A DNA stretch of 64,000 bases, taken from NCBI GenBank assembly GCA_964016885.1, contig OZ024764.1:28210001-28274000 (forward strand), given 5' to 3'. This document shows, one piece after another, positions 1 through 11,450 of the stretch; position 1 is the first letter of the stretch; each line of letters starts with the position of its first letter. Source of the stretch: Eledone cirrhosa. Taxonomy: Eukaryota. The position numbers and the translations under genes are program-made. A model generated the notes under the pieces. It worked only from the letters and a program-made list of their open reading frames with translations. It ran no database searches and was not told where the DNA came from.

Positions 1-1289
1 TTCTAAATGCTGCTTTGTGCAGGTCGTAGAAGAGCATATACATTTTTGTGGGACAGCCCATTGTCGCCTCTATTCAGCACTGCTAAATGCTGTTTTGTGC
101 AGGTCATAGAAGAGCGTATACATTTTTGTGGGACAGCCCGTTGTCGCCACTATTCAGCACTTCTAAATGCTGTTTTGTGCAGGTCATCGAAGAGCGTATA
201 CATTTTTATGGGACAGCCCGTTGTCGCCACTATTCAGCACTTCTAAATGCTGTTTTATGCAGGTCATACAAGAGCGTATACATTTTTGTGGGACAGCTCG
301 TTGTCGCCTCCTTTCAGCACTTCTAAATGCTGCTTTGTGCAGGTCATCGAAGAGTGTATACATTTTTGTGGGACAGCCCGTTGTCGCCTCTATTCAGCAC
401 TCCTAAATGCTGTTTTATGCAGGTCATACAAGAGCGTATACATTTTTATGGGACAGCCCGTTGTCGCCTTTATTCAGCACTTGCAAATGCTGTTTTGTGC
501 ATGTCATCAAAGAGCGTATACATTTTTATGGGACAGCCCGTTGTCGGCTCTATTCAGTACTCCTAAATGCTGTTTTATGCAGGTCATACAAGAGCGTATA
601 CATTTTTGTGGGACAGCTCGTTGTCGCCTCCTTTCATCACTTCTAAATGCTGCTTGTGCAGGTCATCGAAGAGCGTATACATTTTTATGGGACAGCCTGT
701 TGTCGCCTCTATTCAGCACTTCTAAATGCTGTTTTATGCAGGTCATACAAGAGCGTATACATTTTTGTGGGACAGCTCATTGTCGCCTCCTTTCAGCACT
801 TCTAAATGCTGCTTTGTGCAGGTCATCGAAGAGCGTATACATTTTTGTGGGACAGCCCGTTGTCGCCTCTATTCAGCACTTCTACATGCTGTTTTGGGCA
901 GGTCATCGAAGAGTGTATACATTTTTGTGGGACAGCCCGTTGTCGCCTCTATTCAGCACTTCTAAATGCTGCTTTGTGCAGGTCATCGAAGAGCGTATAC
1001 ATTTTTGTGGGACAGCCCGTTGTCGCCTCTATTCAGCACTCCTAAATGCTGTTTTATGCAGGTCATACAAGAGCGTATACATTTTTATGGGACAGCCCGT
1101 TGTCGCCTTTATTCAGCACTTGCAAATGCTGTTTTGTGCATGTCATCGAAGAGCGTATACATTTTTGTGGGACAGTCCGTTGTCGCCTCTATTCAGCACT
1201 TCTACATGCTGTTTTGGGCAGGTCATCGAAGAGTGTATACATTTTTGTGGGACAGCCCGTTGTCGCCTCTATTCACCACTTCTAAATGC

Positions 1290-4200
1290 TGCTTTTTGCA
1301 GGTCATCGAAGAGCGTATACATTTTTGTGGGACAGCCCGTTGTCGCTTCCCTACAGCACTTCTAAGTGCTGCTTTGTGCAGCTCATAGAAGAGCGTATAC
1401 ATTTTTGTGGGACAGCCCGTTGTCGCCTCTATTCAGCACTTCTAAATGCTGCTTTGTGCAGGTCGTAGAAGAGCATATACATTTTTGTGGGACAGCCCGT
1501 TGTCGCCTCTATTCAGCACTCCTAAATGCTGTTTTATGCAGGTCATACAAGAGCGTATACATTTTTATGGGACAGCCCGTTGTCGCCTTTATTCAGCACT
1601 TGCAAATGCTGTTTTGTGCATGTCATCGAAGAGCGTATACATTTTTATGGGACAGCCCGTTGTCGGCTCTATTCAGTACTCCTAAATGCTGTTTTATGCA
1701 GGTCATACAAGAGCGTATACATTTTTGTGGGGCAGCTCGTTGTCGCCTCCTTTCAGCACTTCTAAATGCTGCTTGTGCAGGTCATCGAAGAGCGTATACA
1801 TTTTTATGGGACAGCCTGTTGTCGCCTCTATTCAGTACTCCTAAATGCTGTTTTATGCAGGTCATACAAGAGCGTATACATTTTTGTGGGACAGCTCGTT
1901 GTCGCCTCCTTTCAGCACTTCTAAATGCTGCTTGTGCAGGTCATCGAAGAGCGTATACATTTTTATGGGACAGCCCGTTGTCGCCTCTATTCAGTACTCC
2001 TAAATGCTGTTTTATGCAGGTCATACAAGAGCGTATACATTTTTGTGGGACAGCCCGTTGTCGCCTCCCTACAGCACTTCTAAGTGCTGCTTTGTGCAGG
2101 TCATAGAAGAGCGTATACATTTTTGTGGGACAGCCCGTTGTCGCCTCTATTCATCACTTCTAAATGCTGCTTTTTGCAGGTCATAGAAGAGCGTATACAT
2201 TTTTGTGGGACAGCCCTTTGCCGCCTCTATTCAACACTTATAAATGCTGTTTGGGCAGGTCATAGAAGAGCGTATACATTTTTGTGGGACAGCCCGTTGT
2301 TGCCTCCCTACAGCACTTCTAAGTGCTGCTTTGTGCAGGTCATAGAAGAGCGTATACATTTTTGTGGGACAGCCCGTTGTCGCCTCCTTACAGCACTTCT
2401 AAATGCTGTTTTGTGCAGGTCATCGAAGAGCGTATACATTTTTGTGGGACAGCCCTTTGACGCCTCTATTCATCACTTCTAAATGCTGTTTTATGCAGGT
2501 CATCGAAGAGCGTATACATTTTTGTGGGACAGCCCGTTGTCGCCTTTATTCAGCACTTGCAAATGCTGTTTTGTGCATGTCATCGAAGAGCGTATACATT
2601 TTTGTGGGACAGCCCGTTGTCGCCTCCCTACACCACTTCTAAGTGGTTTTGTGCAGGTCATAGAAGAGCGTATACATTTTTGTGGGACAGCCCGTTGTCG
2701 CCACTATTCAGCACTTCTAAATGCTGTTTTGTGCAGGTCATCGAAGAGCGTATACATTTTTATGGGACAGCCCGTTGTCGCCTCTATTCAGTACTCCTAA
2801 ATGCTGTTTTATGCAGGTCATACAAGAGCGTATACATTTTTGTGGGACAGCTCGTTGTCGCCTCCTTTCAGCACTTCTAAATGCTGCTTGTGCAGGTCAT
2901 CGAAGAGCGTATACATTTTTATGGGACAGCCCGTTGTCGCCTCTATTCAGTACTCCTAAATGCTGCTTTGTGCAGGTCATAGAAGAGCGTATACATTTTT
3001 GTGGGACAGCCCGTTGTCGCCTCTATTCAGCACTTCTACATGCTGTTTTGGGCAGGTCATCGAAGAGTGTATACATTTTTGTGGGACAGCCCGTTGTCGC
3101 CTCTATTCAGCACTTCTAAATGCTGCTTTGTGCAGGTCATCGAAGAGCGTATACATTTTTGTGGGACAGCCCGTTGTCGCCTCTATTCAGCACTTCTAAA
3201 TGCTGCTTTTTGCAGGTCATAGAAGAGCGTATACATTTTTGTGGGACAGCCCGTTGTCGCCTCTATTCAGCACTTCTAAATGCTGCTTTTTGCAGGTCAT
3301 AGAAGAGCGTATACATTTTTGTGGGACAGCCAGTTGTCGCCTCCTTACATCACTTCTAAATGCTGTTTTGGGCAGGTCATAGAAGAGCGTATACATGTTT
3401 GTGGGACAGCCCGTTGTCGCCTCTATTCAGCACTTCTACATGCTGTTTTGGGCAGGTCATCGAAGAGTGTATACATTTTTGTGGGACAGCCCGTTGTCGC
3501 CTCTATTCAGCACTTCTAAATGCTGCTTTGTGCAGGTCATCGAAGAGCGTATACATTTTTGTGGGACAGCCCGTTGTCGCCTCCCTGCAGCACTTCTAAG
3601 TGCTGCTTTGTGCAGCTCATAGAAGAGCGTATACATTTTTGTGGGACAGCCCGTTGTCGCCTCTATTCAGCACTCCTAAATGCTGTTTTATGCAGGTCAT
3701 ACAAGAGCGTATACATTTTTATGGGACAGCCCGTTGTCGCCTTTATTCAGCACTTGCAAATGCTGTTTTGTGCAGGTCATCGAAGAGCGTATACATTTTT
3801 GTGGGACAGCCCGTTGTCGCCTCTATTCAGCACTTCTAAATGCTGCTTTTTGCAGGTCATAGAAGAGCGTATACATTTTTGTGGGACAGCCAGTTGTCGC
3901 CTCCTTACAGCACTTCTAAATGCTGTTTTGTGCAGGTCATCGAAGAGCGTATACATTTTTGTGGGACAGTCCGTTGTCGCCTCTATTCCGCACTTCTACA
4001 TGCTGTTTTGGGCAGGTCATCGAAGAGTGTATACATTTTTGTGGGACAGCCCGTTGTCGCCTCTATTCAGCACTTCTAAATGCTGTTTTGTGCAGGTCAT
4101 CGAAGAGCGTATACATTTTTGTGGGACAGCCCGTTGTCGCCTCTATTCAGCACTTCTAAATGCTGCTTTTTGCAGGTCATAGAAGAGCGTATACATTTTT

Positions 4201-7200
4201 GTGGGACAGCTCATTGTCGCCTCCTTTCATCACTTCTAAATGCTGCTTTGTGCAGGTCATCGAAGAGCGTATACATTTTTGTGGGACAGCCCGTTGTCGC
4301 CTCTATTCAGCACTTCTAAATGCTGCTTTTTGCAGGTCATAGAAGAGCGTATACATTTTTGTGGGACAGCCCGTTGTCGCCTCCCTACAGCATTTCTAAG
4401 TGCTGCTTTGTGCAGGTCATAGAAGAGCGTATACATTTTTATGGGACAGCCCGTTGTCGCCACTATTCAGCACTTCTAAATGCTGTTTTGTGCAGGTCAT
4501 CGAAGAGCGTATACATTTTTATGGGACAGCCCGTTGTTGCCACTATTCAGCACTTCTAAATGCTGTTTTGTGCAGGTCATCGAAGAGCGTATACATTTTT
4601 GTGGGACAGCCCGTTGTCGCCTCCCTACAGCACTTCTAAGTGCTGCTTTGTGCAGGTCATCGAAGAGCGTATACATTTTTGTGGGACAGCCCGTTGTCGC
4701 TTCCCTACAGCACTTCTAAGTGCTGCTTTGTGCAGCTCATAGAAGAGCATATACATTTTTGTGGGACAGCCCGTTGTCGCCTCTATTCAGCACTTCTAAA
4801 TGCTGCTTTGTGCAGGTCGTAGAAGAGCATATACATTTTTGTGGGACAGCCCATTGTCGCCTCTATTCAGCACTGCTAAATGCTGTTTTGCGCAGGTCAT
4901 AGAAGAGCGTATACATTTTTGTGGGACAGCCCGTTGTCGCCACTATTCAGCACTTCTAAATGCTGTTTTGTGCAGGTCATCGAAGAGCGTATACATTTTT
5001 GTGGGACAGCCGGTTGTCGCCTCCCTACACCACTTCTAAGTGGTTTTGTGCAGGTCATAGAAGAGCGTATACATTTTTGTGGGACAGCCCGTTGTCGCCA
5101 CTATTCAGCACTTCTAAATGCTGTTTTGTGCAGGTCATCGAAGAGCGTATACATTTTTATGGGACAGCCCGTTGTCGCCTCTATTCAGTACTCCTAAATG
5201 CTGTTTTATGCAGGTCATACAAGAGCGTATACATTTTTGTGGGACAGCTCGTTGTCGCCTCCTTTCAGCACTTCTAAATGATACTTTGTGCAGCTCATAG
5301 AAGAGCATATACATTTTTGTGGGACAGCCCGTTGTCGCCTCTATTCAGCACTTCTAAATGCTGCTTTGTGCAGGTCGTAGAAGAGCATATACATTTTTGT
5401 GGGACAGCCCATTGTCGCCTCTATTCAGCACTGCTAAATGCTGTTTTGTGCAGGTCATAGAAGAGCGTATACATTTTTGTGGGACAGCTCATTGTCGCCT
5501 CCTTTCAGCACTTCTAAATGCTGCTTTGTGCAGGTCATCGAAGAGCGTATACATTTTTGTGGGACAGCCCGTTGCCTCTATTCAGCACTTCTAAATGCTG
5601 CTTTTTGCAGGTCATAGAAGAGCGTATATATTTTTGTGGGACAGCCCGTTGTCGCCTCTATTCATCACTTCAACATGCTGTTTTGTGCAGGTCATCGAAG
5701 AGTGTATACATTTTTGTGGGACAGCCCGTTGTCGCCTCCCTACAGCACTTCTAAGTGCTGCTTTGTGCAGGTCATAGAAGAGCGTATACATTTTTGTGGG
5801 ACAGCCCGTTGTCGCCTCTATTCAGCACTCCTAAATGCTGTTTTATGCAGGTCATACAAGAGCGTATACATTTTTATGGGACAGCCCGTTGTCGCCTTTA
5901 TTCAGCACTTGCAAATGCTGTTTTGTGCATGTCATCGAAGAGCGTATACATTTTTGTGGGACAGCCCGTTGTCGCCTCTATTCAGCACTTCTAAATGCTG
6001 CTTTTTGCAGGTCATAGAAGAGCGTATACATTTTTGTGGGACAGCCAGTTGTCGCCTCCTTACAGCACTTCTAAATGCTGTTTTGTGCAGGTCATCGAAG
6101 AGCGTATACATTTTTGTGGGACAGTCCGTTGTCGCCTCTATTCAGCACTTCTACATGCTGTTTTGGGCAGGTCATCGAAGAGTGTATACATTTTTGTGGG
6201 ACAGCCCGTTGTCGCCTCTATTCAGCACTTCTAAATGCTGTTTTGTGCAGGTCATCGAAGAGCGTATACATTTTTATGGGACAGCTCATTGTCGCCTCCT
6301 TTCAGCACTTCTAAATGCTGCTTTGTGCAGGTCATCGAAGAGCGTATACATTTTTGTGGGACAGCCCGTTGTCGCCTCTATTCAGCACTTCTAAATGCTG
6401 CTTTTTGCAGGTCATAGAAGAGCGTATACATTTTTGTGGGACAGCTCATTGTCGCCTCCTTTCAGTACTTCTAAATGCTGCTTTGTGCAGGTCATCGAAG
6501 AGCGTATACATTTTTGTGGGACAGCCCGTTGTCGCCTCTATTCAGCACTTCTAAATGCTGTTTTGTGCAGGTCATCGAAGAGCGTATACATTTTTGTGGG
6601 ACAGCCCGTTGTCGCCTCCCTACAACACTTCTAAGTGCTGCTTTGTGCAGGTCATAGAAGAGCGTATACATTTTTATGGAACAGCCCGTTGTCGCCACTA
6701 TTCATCACTTCTAAATGCTGTTTTGTGCAGGTCATCGAAGAGCGTATACATTTTTATGGGACAGCCCGTTGTTGCCACTATTCAGCACTTCTAAATGCTG
6801 TTTTGTGCAGGTCATCGAAGAGCGTATACATTTTTGTGGGACAGCCCGTTGTCGCTTCCCTACAGCACTTCTAAGTGCTGCTTTGTGCAGCTCATAGAAG
6901 AGCGTATACATTTTTGTGGGACAGCCCGTTGTTGCCTCTATTCAGCACTTCTAAATGCTGCTTTGTGCAGGTCGTAGAAGAGCATATACATTTTTGTGGG
7001 ACAGCCCATTGTCGCCTCTATTCAGCACTGCTAAATGCTGTTTTGTGCAGGTCATAGAAGAGCGTATACATTTTTGTGGGACAGCCCGTTGTCGCCACTA
7101 TTCAGCACTTCTAAATGCTGTTTTGTGCAGGTCATCGAAGAGCGTATACATTTTTATGGGACAGCCCGTTGTCGCCACTATTCAGCACTTCTAAATGCTG

Positions 7201-10200
7201 TTTTATGCAGGTCATACAAGAGCGTATACATTTTTGTGGGACAGCTCGTTGTCGCCTCCTTTCAGCACTTCTAAATGCTGCTTTGTGCAGGTCATCGAAG
7301 AGTGTATACATTTTTGTGGGACAGCCCGTTGTCGCCTCTATTCAGCACTCCTAAATGCTGTTTTATGCAGGTCATACAAGAGCGTATACATTTTTATGGG
7401 ACAGCCCGTTGTCGCCTTTATTCAGCACTTGCAAATGCTGTTTTGTGCATGTCATCAAAGAGCGTATACATTTTTATGGGACAGCCCGTTGTCGGCTCTA
7501 TTCAGTACTCCTAAATTCTGTTTTATGCAGGTCATACAAGAGCGTATACATTTTTGTGGGACAGCTCGTTGTCGCCTCCTTTCATCACTTCTAAATGCTG
7601 CTTGTGCAGGTCATCGAAGAGCGTATACATTTTTATGGGACAGCCTGTTGTCGCCTCTATTCAGCACTTCTAAATGCTGTTTTATGCAGGTCACAAGAGC
7701 GTATACATTTTTGTGGGACAGCTCATTGTCGCCTCCTTTCAGCACTTCTAAATGCTGCTTTGTGCAGGTCATCGAAGAGCGTATACATTTTTGTGGGACA
7801 GCCCGTTGTCGCCTCTATTCAGCACTTCTACATGCTGTTTTGGGCAGGTCATCGAAGAGTGTATACATTTTTGTGGGACAGCCCGTTGTCGCCTCTATTC
7901 AGCACTTCTAAATGCTGCTTTGTGCAGGTCATCGAAGAGCGTATACATTTTTGTGGGACAGCCCGTTGTCGCCTCTATTCAGCACTCCTAAATGCTGTTT
8001 TATGCAGGTCATACAAGAGCGTATACATTTTTATGGGACAGCCCGTTGTTGCCTTTATTCAGCACTTGCAAATGCTGTTTTGTGCATGTCATCGAAGAGC
8101 GTATACATTTTTGTGGGACAGTCCGTTGTCGCCTCTATTCAGCACTTCTACATGCTGTTTTGGGCAGGTCATCGAAGAGTGTATACATTTTTGTGGGACA
8201 GCCCGTTGTCGCCTCTATTCACCACTTCTAAATGCTGCTTTTTGCAGGTCATAGAAGAGCGTATACATTTTTGTGGGGCAGCCCGTTGTCGCCTCCCTAC
8301 AGCACTTCTAAGTGCTGCTTTGTGCAGGTCATAGAAGAGCGTATACATTTTTATGGGACAGCCCGTTGTCGCCACTATTCAGCACTTCTAAATGCTGTTT
8401 TGTGCAGGTCATCGAAGAGCGTATACATTTTTATGGGACAGCCCGTTGTTGCCACTATTCAGCACTTCTAAATGCTGTTTTGTGCAGGTCATCGAAGAGC
8501 GTATACATTTTTGTGGGACAGCCCGTTGTCGCCTCCCTACAGCACTTCTAAGTGCTGCTTTGTGCAGGTCATCGAAGAGCGTATACATTTTTGTGGGACA
8601 GCCCGTTGTCGCTTCCCTACAGCACTTCTAAGTGCTGCTTTGTGCAGCTCATAGAAGAGCGTATACATTTTTGTGGGACAGCCCGTTGTCGCCTCTATTC
8701 AGCACTTCTAAATGCTGCTTTGTGCAGGTCGTAGAAGAGCATATACATTTTTGTGGGACAGCCCGTTGTCGCCTCTATTCAGCACTCCTAAATGCTGTTT
8801 TATGCAGGTCATACAAGAGCGTATACATTTTTATGGGACAGCCCGTTGTCGCCTTTATTCAGCACTTGCAAATGCTGTTTTGTGCATGTCATCGAAGAGC
8901 GTATACATTTTTATGGGACAGCCCGTTGTCGGCTCTATTCAGTACTCCTAAATGCTGTTTTATGCAGGTCATACAAGAGCGTATACATTTTTGTGGGGCA
9001 GCTCGTTGTCGCCTCCTTTCAGCACTTCTAAATGCTGCTTGTGCAGGTCATCGAAGAGCGTATACATTTTTATGGGACAGCCCGTTGTCGCCTCTATTCA
9101 GTACTCCTAAATGCTGTTTTATGCAGGTCATACAAGAGCGTATACATTTTTGTGGGACAGCTCGTTGTCGCCTCCTTTCAGCACTTCTAAATGCTGCTTG
9201 TGCAGGTCATCGAAGAGCGTATACATTTTTATGGGACAGCCCGTTGTCGCCTCTATTCAGTACTCCTAAATGCTGTTTTATGCAGGTCATACAAGAGCGT
9301 ATACATTTTTGTGGGACAGCCCGTTGTCGCCTCCCTACAGCACTTCTAAGTGCTGCTTTGTGCAGGTCATAGAAGAGCGTATACATTTTTGTGGGACAGC
9401 CCGTTGTCGCCTCTATTCATCACTTCTAAATGCTGCTTTTTGCAGGTCATAGAAGAGCGTATACATTTTTGTGGGACAGCCAGTTGTCGCCTCCTTACAG
9501 CACTTCTAAATGCTGTTTTGTGCAGGTCATCGAAGAGCGTATACATTTTTGTGGGACAGCCCTTTGCCGCCTCTATTCAACACTTATAAATGCTGTTTGG
9601 GCAGGTCATAGAAGAGCGTATACATTTTTGTGGGACAGCCCGTTGTTGCCTCCCTACAGCACTTCTAAGTGCTGCTTTGTGCAGGTCATAGAAGAGCGTA
9701 TACATTTTTGTGGGACAGCCCGTTGTCGCCTCCTTACAGCACTTCTAAATGCTGTTTTGTGCAGGTCATCGAAGAGCGTATACATTTTTGTGGGACAGCC
9801 CTTTGACGCCTCTATTCATCACTTCTAAATGCTGTTTTATGCAGGTCATCGAAGAGCGTATACATTTTTGTGGGACAGCCCGTTGTCGCCTTTATTCAAC
9901 ACTTGCAAATGCTGTTTTGTGCATGTCATCGAAGAGCGTATACATTTTTGTGGGACAGCCCGTTGTCGCCTCCCTACACCACTTCTAAGTGGTTTTGTGC
10001 AGGTCATAGAAGAGCGTATACATTTTTGTGGGACAGCCCGTTGTCGCCACTATTCAGCACTTCTAAATGCTGTTTTGTGCAGGTCATCGAAGAGCGTATA
10101 CATTTTTATGGGACAGCCCGTTGTCGCCTCTATTCAGTACTCCTAAATGCTGTTTTATGCAGGTCATACAAGAGCGTATACATTTTTGTGGGACAGCTCG

Positions 10201-11450
10201 TTGTCGCCTCCTTTCAGCACTTCTAAATGCTGCTTGTGCAGGTCATCGAAGAGCGTATACATTTTTATGGGACAGCCCGTTGTCGCCTCTATTCAGTACT
10301 CCTAAATGCTGCTTTGTGCAGGTCATAGAAGAGCGTATACATTTTTGTGGGACAGCCCGTTGTCGCCTCTATTCAGCACTTCTACATGCTGTTTTGGGCA
10401 GGTCATCGAAGAGTGTATACATTTTTGTGGGACAGCCCGTTGTCGCCTCTATTCAGCACTTCTAAATGCTGCTTTGTGCAGGTCATCGAAGAGCGTATAC
10501 ATTTTTGTGGGACAGCCCGTTGTCGCCTCTATTCAGCACTTCTAAATGCTGCTTTTTGCAGGTCATAGAAGAGCGTATACATTTTTGTGGGACAGCCCGT
10601 TGTCGCCTCTATTCAGCACTTCTAAATGCTGCTTTTTGCAGGTCATAGAAGAGCGTATACATTTTTGTGGGACAGCCAGTTGTCGCCTCCTTACATCACT
10701 TCTAAATGCTGTTTTGGGCAGGTCATAGAAGAGCGTATACATGTTTGTGGGACAGCCCGTTGTCGCCTCTATTCAGCACTTCTACATGCTGTTTTGGGCA
10801 GGTCATCGAAGAGTGTATACATTTTTGTGGGACAGCCCGTTGTCGCCTCTATTCAGCACTTCTAAATGCTGCTTTGTGCAGGTCATCGAAGAGCGTATAC
10901 ATTTTTGTGGGACAGCCCGTTGTCGCCTCCCTACAGCACTTCTAAGTGCTGCTTTGTGCAGCTCATAGAAGAGCGTATACATTTTTGTGGGACAGCCCGT
11001 TGTCGCCTCTATTCAGCACTCCTAAATGCTGTTTTATGCAGGTCATACAAGAGCGTATACATTTTTATGGGACAGCCCGTTGTCGCCTTTATTCAGCACT
11101 TGCAAATGCTGTTTTGTGCAGGTCATCGAAGAGCGTATACATTTTTGTGGGACACCCCGTTGTCGCCTCTATTCAGCACTTCTAAATGCTGCTTTTTGCA
11201 GGTCATAGAAGAGCGTATACATTTTTGTGGGACAGCCAGTTGTCGCCTCCTTACAGCACTTCTAAATGCTGTTTTGTGCAGGTCATCGAAGAGCGTATAC
11301 ATTTTTGTGGGACAGTCCGTTGTCGCCTCTATTCAGCACTTCTACATGCTGTTTTGGGCAGGTCATCGAAGAGTGTATACATTTTTGTGGGACAGCCCGT
11401 TGTCGCCTCTATTCAGCACTTCTAAATGCTGTTTTGTGCAGGTCATCGAA
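1290..11450. repeat. Dispersed block duplication ~1290-4110 vs ~8555-11450 (offset 7266, then 7346 after a one-monomer indel)
   Basis: ORF pairs 1366/8632, 2403/9749 and 3395/10741. Shared markers tggggcagctc (~1728/8994), acttataa and catgtttg (3394/10740). Confidence 0.8.

Noticed and set aside
1-160. Tandem tRNA or tRNA-derived SINE units (80-nt size, TTCGA on the minus strand)
   Set aside because: The minus-strand cTTCGAtga does not fit the GTTCRANNC B box or sit in a T-stem. No cloverleaf, acceptor stem or A box was found.
1-160. Satellite-encoded hammerhead ribozyme
   Set aside because: The core CTGANGA plus GAAA with flanking stems was not found on either strand of the consensus. A covariance-model search (Infernal/Rfam) on a dimer would be the definitive test.
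130-200. CENP-B box
   Set aside because: TTCG and CGGG both occur on the minus strand but not in the TTCGnnnnAnnCGGG spacing.
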